Assembly (NCBI GenBank): GCA_963752035.1
Contig: CAVVWZ010000088.1
Coordinates: 1 to 48,858 of the forward strand
Direction of reading: 5' to 3'
Source: an uncultured delta proteobacterium
GTDB taxonomy: Bacteria > Desulfobacterota > WTBG01
Length of the DNA: 48,858 nucleotides
Positions 36,288-44,157 of this stretch are shown in pieces (position 1 is the first letter of the stretch; each line of letters opens with the position of its first letter). The notes below the pieces were generated by a model, which saw only the letters and a program-made list of their open reading frames with translations, was not told the DNA's origin and ran no database searches. The position numbers and the translations under genes were made by a program.

Positions 36288-37199
36288 CTATCTCCTTTGT
36301 TTTAAGCAGCTGTTGAGAGAGGAAGGCATATGAATGTTCTTTTCATCTGTTAAACCGAACTTCTTCGGTATGCTGCTCACGAAATGCATTGGTTTCCCGT
36401 TAACAGGATGTTTGAATGAAAGGAGATATGCATGAAGACCGAGCCGACGGAACGGGTCGGTCCTAGCCCCGTATTTTTTATCACCGGCTACAGGATGGCC
36501 GATGTCTGCAAGGTGTACCCTTATCTGGTGCTTCCGTCCGGTCTCAAGGAGTATATCAAGCAGGGCATACATCCGGTTCTGTGTTATGACTCTATAGTGT
36601 GTTTGAGCAGGTTTCCCCGTACCTGAATGGTGGTCGCTGTAAACCATGAGGGACTTCGTCTCACTCAGACAACTTTTGATCCTACCTTCCTTTTTACTGG
36701 GTGTGCCCTCAACGACCGCATAATAACGCTTCTCAACTTTTTTCCAGTTACCCTGAAGTATCCGCTTTATTTCCTCGCTTTTGGCAAACACTATAAGGCC
36801 GGAGGTGTCTCGGTCCAGCCGATGAACGATGAAGATCCTCTCCCCTGTCCCGTGAGCACGCTGTTTAAGGTACTCATTCAACTGAAAATATACAGTCTTT
36901 GTCTTCTCTGCCTCTGTGGCGATGGTCAATACGCCGGCAGGCTTTTCCGTGACTATGAGTGCATCGTCCTCATACACCACCCTGATACCCAGTGAGGGAA
37001 GCAGGGTGGATTCTTTTTTATCTTTCAGTAGAGAAATCCTATCCCCTTTCTGCAAAAGGCGGTCGAGCTTCTTCTCCACCACTCCATTCACCTCAATGGC
37101 CCTGTACTTCAACAGCTGCTTGATCTTAGTACGAGTGAATCCCTTCTCCTTGAGAAAATCAATCAGCCTGCTCTCGGATGTTGCTCTAAAAAAGGTCAT
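36288..37199 (-). CDS. RluA-family RNA pseudouridine synthase with N-terminal S4-like domain
   Basis: It has the catalytic motif HRLDRDTSGLIVFAKS, then GRKHQIRVHLA. The N-terminus KIKQLLKYRAIEVNGVV is S4-like. It lies 11 nt upstream of the flavoprotein gene on the same strand. Confidence 0.9.
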   Translation of the reverse strand: MTFFRATSESRLIDFLKEKGFTRTKIKQLLKYRAIEVNGVVEKKLDRLLQKGDRISLLKDKKESTLLPSLGIRVVYEDDALIVTEKPAGVLTIATEAEKTKTVYFQLNEYLKQRAHGTGERIFIVHRLDRDTSGLIVFAKSEEIKRILQGNWKKVEKRYYAVVEGTPSKKEGRIKSCLSETKSLMVYSDHHSGTGKPAQTHYRVITQNRMYALLDILLETGRKHQIRVHLADIGHPVAGDKKYGARTDPFRRLGLHAYLLSFKHPVNGKPMHFVSSIPKKFGLTDEKNIHMPSSLNSCLKQRR

Positions 37200-37563
37200 A
37201 TGGTTTGGTGTACAGATGATTTATAGGGAAATAATACGGTCACCAATTTTTCTGTAACCCATGAGACACGGGTAGAGTTCCAGGAGAGCTCATCGGCATC
37301 AGTTCATTTTCTCAAGCACGTCTTACCTTCCTGGGAAGCTGGTAAGAAAAGGCATAAGACATTACACGGTGTCTCTTAAAAGCTATAACCCTGCAGCTCT
37401 GCTACAGGGTTATATACCTTACAATAAACATTTGGACAATCATTATTGTAATGAATAACTAATCATATAACTCCATCAGTTTTCCACAACACAAGGGAAT
37501 GTGATTACCCTTCTTATGCAGGTGACACTTACCCCCAAGCTGTATTTTGTTATGGCTTCTGTC

Positions 37564-37592
37564 TTGACACCCAATTTTACTTTTCCTATACT
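37564..37592 (+). promoter_or_regulatory. candidate sigma-70 promoter for the 37767 gene
   Basis: TTGACA (37564-37569), an exact 17-nt spacer, then TATACT (37587-37592). It lies about 175 nt upstream of the ATG at 37767. Confidence 0.4.
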
Positions 37593-37766
37593 TATCCCAT
37601 CAGAAACGAGTTCTTGTCAATTAAAGAGATACATTGATTTAAAATAGATTTATACATAGTATGTCTTTAGAGAGTGCAAAAGAGATACTTTGTGCTGTAA
37701 CCAAATGAGTAAAACTTCCACCATCAGTAAAGCCCATCCTACAAGTCAATTAACTAAGAGGATTGC

Positions 37767-38546
37767 ATGAAGCCCAACTACTCAATTGAAAATATTGCCC
37801 AGTCTATCGTCAGGGATAGCGAGACGGGGAAGAAGTACACCGATGAGGATAAGAGGGAGCTCTATGGTGAAGTGCTTCGTCAGGCAGAGGATGTATCAGG
37901 GTTGAATGATCTCTTATCTCTGGAGCGCATACAGGGTTACGATGTACCCTGGGCGAAAAGGCTTGCACGTCTGGCGGTTCTTCCACCTCAAATCGTGGTG
38001 GTGGACAGCCGGATTCAGGACATGTGTTATCTTCCCTTCTGGACTTACTACGGTTCGGGAGAAGGCAGCTTCAGCCGGTGTGCCGGGGTTGGTGCATTTT
38101 CCTGCTGTCCCCCTTTTAATCCCAAGGCTGAAAAGGTACAGGCCCTGGTGGACAAGGCTGATATTTTTCTGGTTATACAGAGCAGGCTTACCAGGATGTT
38201 CAGTATAGGTGACCCCGGCGGACAGTTCCGGGTGCTCAACAGGTTGACAGATGAGATTAACCACCTTCTGGGGAAAGGGGCCGTGGTGCAGAAATTTGGC
38301 GGCGGTCCCTGCTTCGCGTGCTATCCCGAGTTTTGTGAGGGAGGTGGAACGTGCAAGGCCCCCCACCTGAAGGTGCCAGCTTTGGAGGGGATGGGCATCT
38401 GCGTAGATCAGCTGTGTAAAGACCTGGTTTTGTTGACAGGAGACGAGAGCTGGAAGATTACCTGGATTAAGGGTTTTGGTACGCCGGAGCAGAAACCTAA
38501 AAGAATGAAGGCAACTATGGGTCTGGCCATAAAGTTAAAGGATTAG
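37767..38546 (+). CDS. Cys-rich putative metal-binding protein, possibly DUF2284-like
   Basis: 259-aa ORF behind a GAGGA RBS. Its cysteine clusters (RCAGVGAFSCCPPF, GGGPCFACYPEFCEGGGTCKAP, MGICVDQLC) resemble the CxxC...CPP pattern I associate with DUF2284. The family call is tentative. Confidence 0.6.
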   Translation: MKPNYSIENIAQSIVRDSETGKKYTDEDKRELYGEVLRQAEDVSGLNDLLSLERIQGYDVPWAKRLARLAVLPPQIVVVDSRIQDMCYLPFWTYYGSGEGSFSRCAGVGAFSCCPPFNPKAEKVQALVDKADIFLVIQSRLTRMFSIGDPGGQFRVLNRLTDEINHLLGKGAVVQKFGGGPCFACYPEFCEGGGTCKAPHLKVPALEGMGICVDQLCKDLVLLTGDESWKITWIKGFGTPEQKPKRMKATMGLAIKLKD

Positions 38547-38551
38547 CGAAG

Positions 38552-38831
38552 CAGCGCTTAATGTTAATGGGGTCGGGCCACGCTAACCATTTGATATTTA
38601 ATTATAAATTAGCAAAAAGATGGTTTATTTAAGGCCAATAATAGCATTTTTGGGCACAAAAAAGTACTTATTCAACAGAAACAGACAGTAAATTTTTACA
38701 GCTTTGAGTTTCTTCAATTTCTATAATGCCCAATTTGGCATCAAAAAAGGCGATATTGGGGCAAAAACAGGGTGATTCTGACCTATAAATTAAAATATTA
38801 CAATAAGATAGCGTGGCCCGACCCCACTAAA
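38552..38831. mobile_element. MITE-like non-coding insertion with 17-bp perfect inverted repeats
   Basis: GGGGTCGGGCCACGCTA (38569-38585) pairs with TAGCGTGGCCCGACCCC (38809-38825) around an AT-rich core of 223 bp with no ORF. The 15-bp direct repeat AAAGGATTAGCGAAG flanks it at 38537-38551 and 38832-38846. Confidence 0.65.
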
Positions 38832-38837
38832 AAAGGA

Positions 38838-39839
38838 TTAGCGAAGTAGTACATCACAGAAAAAACGAATCTTTTTTACAAGTTTCCCAAAGAAATTATT
38901 GTGGATGTTATGCCGTGCCAGGCGAAGTAACTTTCTCTCCAGCTGAAAACGATCGAGGGGAGGTTTTTTTACTGGACTTCCATCAGGACGGGCCTCGTCG
39001 AGAGGCTTGAAGATAGTATTTGAGGGATACCCCCACACCTTCAAATCCTCAGGGTCAAGTGATTCTATAATTCCCCGGATAAAGGCGCACTTCTTTTCAT
39101 CCTGCACCAGCTCACCTGCCCACTTCTCCACCGATTTCGTCATGGGGCGACTGTGCCTGTTAACTGAAACAGGATCACCAAGGCCCTTTTGTTCATGTTG
39201 CTGGCTGCCATACTCGATGACATTCTCCTCAAAGGGGAGTTCCAAAAATGACAGTATCCTGTTTACTTCTTCCTCAGGATTGGTAACCAGCTGTTCGTAG
39301 CGTACATGCACCATAGGGACCGGACTTTTCCTGAGCAGTCGTGCAATGGCAGGCACGTAGCGGTCCAGAATGGGATTGAACTGATGGGCAGCCCTGTAAT
39401 CACCATCAAAAAAGGAGCTGGTGTAGGAGGTGAAAATGGCGATGGGGTGGCGGGTCAGGACAATATATCGTGCTTTGGGATACAGTTTTGTTAAAAAATC
39501 GAGGACAAGGGCATATGCAGGTGTCTTGTCGAGAAAAAGGGACTTGCTGGATGTCTGCAGCCTCCTGCTGTAAAGGGTGTCGGTATAGGCCCTGCACGCA
39601 TCAAGGTAGTCTTCTTCTCCCTTGGGAAGTTCTGTGACAAAATCCCTGATTGCATCAACCGCGCGAAGGTGATCATAGGGGGCTTTTTCAACTGTTTCAT
39701 AGTAGCCCAGGTGGGCAAGTGGAGTTATGATATGGGGTTCCGGGCAGCTAAAGATTTCGGAATGGGAGCTCAGCATGCGTTGGAGCAGTGTTGAACCGGA
39801 GCGTGGTGAGCCGATAACAAAGATGAGTTTTGATTCCAT
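38838..39839 (-). CDS. sulfotransferase-family protein
   Basis: The N-terminal PAPS 5'-phosphosulfate-binding loop is VIGSPRSGSTLLQRML. A later stretch, YIVLTRHP, looks like the 3'-phosphate-binding region. Length is 333 aa. Confidence 0.82.
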   Translation of the reverse strand: MESKLIFVIGSPRSGSTLLQRMLSSHSEIFSCPEPHIITPLAHLGYYETVEKAPYDHLRAVDAIRDFVTELPKGEEDYLDACRAYTDTLYSRRLQTSSKSLFLDKTPAYALVLDFLTKLYPKARYIVLTRHPIAIFTSYTSSFFDGDYRAAHQFNPILDRYVPAIARLLRKSPVPMVHVRYEQLVTNPEEEVNRILSFLELPFEENVIEYGSQQHEQKGLGDPVSVNRHSRPMTKSVEKWAGELVQDEKKCAFIRGIIESLDPEDLKVWGYPSNTIFKPLDEARPDGSPVKKPPLDRFQLERKLLRLARHNIHNNFFGKLVKKIRFFCDVLLR

Positions 39840-39850
39840 TGGGTATATCC

Positions 39851-40114
39851 TTACTCTTTATCATCACTTCGGTATGCCTTCAGAAACTCTTTTTTCGCTT
39901 CTTTCAAGTCATCCCAAACACTTTTGCTGTGGCGCTTTACAATGCTGTGTGCCTCGTCTACGATGCGCTCTGAGCTACTCTCAAGGGTTTCTTCATCGGC
40001 AGGGGGTAGCCCTCCCCGTTTAATCCTCCACCTGAGAAGTCCTTTGGTGAGGTCTTTTTCAGCAGTGCGGAGTTTCTTTCCCAGGTTCGTAAACCCGTTT
40101 TTTTCATCACCCAT
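39851..40114 (-). CDS. small charged hypothetical protein
   Basis: 87-aa ORF ending 11 nt upstream of the sulfotransferase start on the same strand. It is lysine- and glutamate-rich and helical-looking. I recognise no family. Confidence 0.55.
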   Translation of the reverse strand: MGDEKNGFTNLGKKLRTAEKDLTKGLLRWRIKRGGLPPADEETLESSSERIVDEAHSIVKRHSKSVWDDLKEAKKEFLKAYRSDDKE

Positions 40115-40207
40115 TGTGTGGAGACATCACTAAATTAAAATTTCAAAAATCTAAATTCCAAATGCCAAACAAATCTCAAATGTTCAAAACATTCAAACTT
40201 ATTTCTC

Positions 40208-40356
40208 ACCGCAAAGGCGCAAAGAGTTTTAAAATACAAAAAAACTCTTACCCCTCCCTTCACACAGGGGTGCTTCTTTGGCTGTACCGAGAATTCTTTT
40301 ACTTAATTCATTTATATCCAGTATAGTTTTGCTTTGCGCTCTTTGCGTCTCTGCCT
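40208..40356 (+). repeat. GCAAAG-array inverted-repeat element, copy 4 (degenerate right end)
   Basis: ACCGCAAAGGCGCAAAG ... GCTTTGCGCTCTTTGCGTCTCTGCC. Its internal segment (GAATTCTTTTACTTAATTCATTTATATCC) is similar to copy 5. Confidence 0.75.
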
Positions 40357-40434
40357 GCCCCGTGAAATGTGTAACCTATTTAACTGGGGCGGTGAATTAT
40401 TTCAATCTGCTTTCCGGAACCTGCAATTTGGCTT

Positions 40435-40599
40435 TTAGGGCCTCTTTTGGCTGCCCTTCATCTGCCGCTCGTACTTTTCCAGCACAAGTTCCAGAGCCTC
40501 TCTAATGTAAGTTGCCTTGGGAACTTTGGTCTGTGTTGATAAGCTGTCGAGTTTTTCTAATTGTTCAATCTCGATATAAATCGATCTGAGAATTTTCAT
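40435..40599 (-). CDS. ribbon-helix-helix (CopG/Arc-like) small DNA-binding protein, 54 aa, below the ORF-track cutoff
   Basis: My own translation of the reverse strand is MKILRSIYIEIEQLEKLDSLSTQTKVPKATYIREALELVLEKYERQMKGSQKRP. The beta-strand then helix-helix pattern is typical of RHH proteins. A GGGGAG RBS lies 6 nt upstream of the ATG at 40599. The gene follows the 40622 stop by 22 nt. Confidence 0.65.
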   Translation of the reverse strand: MKILRSIYIEIEQLEKLDSLSTQTKVPKATYIREALELVLEKYERQMKGSQKRP

Positions 40600-40621
40600 T
40601 CATGCTCCCCGGTATGGATCC

Positions 40622-41519
40622 CTAGGGCTGATCCTCTAACTCTACCTGGACATTCCAAAAACCGTCCAGCCAGTATTTTTCAAAGTGATCTTGAAAGACT
40701 CTCTTGCCGAGGGCAATGGCAAAATCATTGTTATAAAATAGTATGACCAGCTCTTTTGTTTTATCCTCGTGAGCTTGTGCGTAGCCGGTGTCCATTGCAG
40801 CTCTGTGAAGGCTTTTTAAATAAGCTGCCAGAACCAGCTCTACGGCTTTTTCGACGGTTGTGTAGTATTCCTCGCGAATCTTTTCACTGTCTGTTGGTGG
40901 TTCCATCAGCTCAAATCGATACTCACTCTTATGGGGATCCAGGTAGGCAGTGATTTTTCCCCTTCCCTCCTCAACACTGCGCTGATACCTCTCAACCAGG
41001 GAGAGTGCTTCCTTTAACGCTTTCAATCTCTGTGCCGAAGAACTCATCCACGGAGATGTTCTCTGTATCGGGATTGAAGAAATCCATCGAGCATAGACCC
41101 GGTGTTCCCGGTGAGGGCTTCATGAAATCGATGTGAAAAATAGGGGCTCTTAACCCGTACTCCGGTCTTATGTGGAGGGTGAAGTCACGATAGTAATCAG
41201 ATCCAGGTGGAACCTGGAACTGACTAATGGTTGCAACACCCATTTTATCGTTTTGAAAAGATTTTATGGGAACTGCTATGACATCACTGCCAAAGAGTTT
41301 GTTAAAGGGGAAAGACAGCTGCAAAGTAAGTTCGCTAAACTCCTGGGTAATGGGTCTCTCGTTCGCCCCGTACTTTTTGAGCAGCGTTGTGGTGTAGTTG
41401 CGAAGATTGGTGTAAACCCCAAAATCGGAATACTCTGGCGGTTGAAAAGTTGCGATAAATATCCCGATGGCAATGATAAGCAGCAGCAGTACTATTCCTA
41501 TAATTTTTACTATTTTCAT
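40622..41519 (-). pseudogene. membrane-anchored protein, tentatively ferredoxin-dependent-bilin-reductase-like, split by one frameshift
   Basis: The ATG at 41519 follows an AAGGAGGGA RBS and gives MKIVKIIGIVLLLLIIAIGIFIATF, a TM anchor. ORFs 40992..41549 and 40622..41047 overlap by 56 nt. Deleting one nucleotide at the CCTTT site (41011-41015) joins ...GTEIESVK to EALSLVERYQ... See the findings for the fold argument. Confidence 0.55.
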
Positions 41520-41700
41520 GCATCCCTCCTTTACCAAGATAATTGCCAAAAATTAAGAAAATAGAAGACAGGAGCCAGAAGTAAGAATACAAATGCCTAA
41601 ATTAAAAACGTAACGGGCAAACGGGTAAACCTGCTAACGGGCGAACCTGATGCACCTCTGTCTCTTTGTTACTTTGTGCCTCTGTGCCTTTGTTACTTTG

Positions 41701-41748
41701 CCACTCGATTGTTCGTCTTTCGCCATTCTCTTTTCATTCAACATTCAC
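41701..41748 (-). repeat. post-stop purine-rich repeat, copy D
   Basis: The reverse complement GAATGTTGAATGAAAAGAGAATGGCGAAAGACGAACAATCGAGTGG matches copy A at 27411-27459. It starts at the stop codon of the 41745..42302 gene, in that gene's sense orientation. Confidence 0.75.
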
Positions 41749-42302
41749 TTCTTCTTATACGTCCAGACGCATCCACCTTCCTCCCACACGATTTCAGTGG
41801 GAAAGAATCCCATCCTGCAGCCCGGATGGTTAGGGTGGGTGAGATGCATTTTCTCTACTTCGCAGATTTCACGGTCGTCAAAATCGTATCCAAGCTGTTT
41901 TATCCACTTTTTGTGCCTCTTGAGGCGGGCACAGTTCTTCCACCTGACCACAATTTCACCATTCTTGGGCTCAGAATATTCAAATTCTGATATGTCGTGA
42001 TGTTGCTGATCAAGGTTAAAAACATTATCGAAGCATTTCTTGAGTGCCAGGTTAGGAGCCAGTTTGGTTACCGCTTTGGCAACGGGACCTAAAAACCGCG
42101 GTACCGATTTATTGTAGGCCGCCACAGTATCGTCTACCCACTCTTTCACCGTTCCAAGTCTCTTGTGGGTGTAGTAGCTGATCATGTGATCCATTTCGAA
42201 GAAGTCACAACACCGATCGTACTTTTCTTCAAGTGACATCGCCTTGGTGTTGGGCTTTTGCATCGCGACATCAGGTTTATGCCGCTTAACTTCTTGTGCC
42301 AT
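41745..42302 (-). CDS. hypothetical protein (Cys/His-containing, 185 aa)
   Basis: It is a long ORF with coding-like composition, and a GGAGGTGG RBS precedes the ATG at 42302. I recognise no family with confidence. Confidence 0.65.
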   Translation of the reverse strand: MAQEVKRHKPDVAMQKPNTKAMSLEEKYDRCCDFFEMDHMISYYTHKRLGTVKEWVDDTVAAYNKSVPRFLGPVAKAVTKLAPNLALKKCFDNVFNLDQQHHDISEFEYSEPKNGEIVVRWKNCARLKRHKKWIKQLGYDFDDREICEVEKMHLTHPNHPGCRMGFFPTEIVWEEGGCVWTYKKK

Positions 42303-42497
42303 ACGCCACCTCCTTGTACCCGGTTTCCGTGAGCACCCTTTTTACCCTATTGTATTCAGGGTACTTTTAAGTAACAAAGTATAGGGAAAAAGGTTGCTGT
42401 GTGTCAATAAAAATGTGCTTGCACCCTTTCAGGAAACTATGAGGGGAAACGGTTGTCGTTTCATGTTCCAGCAAACATAGCAGGTGGAGCGTTTTAC

Positions 42498-42803
42498 TCA
42501 ACTGTTTTCATTGAGAATTGTTTCTATACTTGAGATAATTGTCCCCAGGTCATCTTCGTAAACATCGGAGAACCATATCTTTTGCGGGTAGAGCATTACA
42601 TTGGAACCCAGTCCACAGAGGCCCATACAGCCAGACTGTGAAATTCTTACTTTCTGATCCCATCCTCTCGTCTTCATCTCTTCCTTTAAGCGTTTTCTGA
42701 TGAGCGGGCTTTTGTTATCAGCACACGACTTGCGTTCTCCATTGCGGTCATTGGTGCAGACAAAAACGTGACAAGTATAGGGTGATTCCTTTTGAACTGC
42801 CAT
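42498..42803 (-). CDS. thioredoxin-like [2Fe-2S] ferredoxin
   Basis: 101 aa. HVFVCTNDRNGERKSCA ... SGCMGLCGLGSNVMLYP matches the Cys pattern of thioredoxin-fold 2Fe-2S ferredoxins. Confidence 0.85.
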   Translation of the reverse strand: MAVQKESPYTCHVFVCTNDRNGERKSCADNKSPLIRKRLKEEMKTRGWDQKVRISQSGCMGLCGLGSNVMLYPQKIWFSDVYEDDLGTIISSIETILNENS

Positions 42804-42876
42804 AATTAATCTCCTTCGTTGTGTGTTATAATTAGTACAAATGCCTAAAATGAGCTAAATTAAAAACTTATTTCTC

Positions 42877-43039
42877 ACCGCAAAGACGCAAAGCACGCAG
42901 AGATTTTAAAAGGTAAAAAAACAACCTTTGCTCCTCTCTTTATGCTGAGTAATTCTATAGCTGTTTCGAGGATTCTTTTTTGCTTAATTTATTTATATCT
43001 AATCTAGGTTTGCTTTGCGCTCTTTGCGTCTCTGCGGTG
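42877..43039 (+). repeat. GCAAAG-array inverted-repeat element, copy 5
   Basis: ACCGCAAAGACGCAAAGCACGCAGAG ... GCTTTGCGCTCTTTGCGTCTCTGCGGTG. It lies between the EamA-type gene and the ferredoxin gene. Confidence 0.8.
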
Positions 43040-43048
43040 GTTGAAATT

Positions 43049-43928
43049 TTATCCCGCAACAGAAGGATACGCATCTCTTTTGCCCGCTAACACCAGTGAA
43101 CAGGATACCAGCACAATCAGTATCCCTGCGATACCCCTCTTAGAAATAGTTTCACCAAATCCGATGACTCCTATGGCTATATTGAAGACCGGTACCAGCA
43201 TTCCTATAAGAGAACCCGTCGAAACGGGAAGGTGGCGGAAGGCGTAGGTCATGGACAGTTGACCTGCTGAAGCCGCAATGCCTACGGCAAGCAGCACAAA
43301 ACCGGCACTCATGCCTATAGAACCGGTGGTGACATTGGCAGGAACAAACACCAGCCAGAAGCCGACGACAGATTGAGCAAAAAATATGGAATGTGATGAT
43401 TCAGTCGCGCGCAGTTTTTTGACCAGAACAATTGCCACTCCTGCCGATAGTGAGCCCAGAGCGGCAAGAAGGTCATATTTTCCGATGTCCAGCAAACTTT
43501 GTGCATCACTGGTTGCAATGAGATAGATACCGAAAAAAGCAGCAAAAATAATCACCCACTTTTGTTTGCTTACCTTTTTCTCCCAGAAAGATGACTCCAG
43601 CTATTGTGGCAAATATGGGTGAAGAGTATAAAATAACCGTTCCCTTGGAAATACCGATGGTATTTATGGCCAGGTAAAAAAACAGGACTGCCACACCACC
43701 GAAGAACCCCCGGAGAAAAAGCAGTGTACTGTGTGTGAAGGTAAACTCGATTTTTTTTACCAGCGCTAAAGACCCCAGGAGGGCAAGGCCAATAGCAAAA
43801 CGGAAAAAGGCTATAGCATAGGAATCAATATGCGGTATTGAACGAACAAGACCGGCCATGATGGAAAAGCATATGCTAGAGCATACCATCATCACTGAAC
43901 CGGTAAGATAGGGGTGTTTTTCCAACAT
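43049..43928 (-). pseudogene. DMT-superfamily (EamA-type) transporter, interrupted by one frameshift
   Basis: ORF 43506..43928 (first EamA repeat) ends at ...AGVIFLGEK and then runs off frame. The shifted frame reads VSKQKWVIIFAAFFGIYLIA... to 43049 (second EamA repeat). The break is in the CC-T5 run at 43573-43579. Removing one base gives GEKVSKQKWV. Confidence 0.85.
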
Positions 43929-44157
43929 ATCGAGCCTGATAATCGTTGAGGGAGGTGTTGCTCACGAATTCTCCCTCGGACTATAGCAAATCGTTTAAGC
44001 ATTATCAAAAGAATTTAATCCCTGGCTGAAAAGGGGAATTGTCTCTCATCTGCCACCCAAACTGCGGGATTGTGATTGACATAATCCGGACTTTTCTTTA
44101 TAGTGCTACAGCAATCACCCCTTATGTTTCTTTAACCTTTTTGTGTAGTTATCACCT

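Noticed and set aside
37385-37413. 9-bp perfect hairpin ATAACCCTG-n11-CAGGGTTAT as a terminator
   Set aside because: It lies between divergently transcribed genes, so there is nothing to terminate, and it has no U-tract on either strand. It may be an operator, but the evidence is too thin to call.
40992-41047. 56-nt overlap of two minus-strand ORFs as genuine overlapping genes or programmed frameshifting
   Set aside because: No slippery heptamer or downstream structure is evident. A single-base correction in a CC/TTT run fuses the frames into one domain-consistent protein. The same kind of break occurs in five other genes here.
5082-43039. The many short repeats as a possible CRISPR array
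   Set aside because: The repeats are dispersed singly over 38 kb. They have internal inverted symmetry and are not arranged as regularly spaced direct repeats with unique spacers. No cas genes are present.
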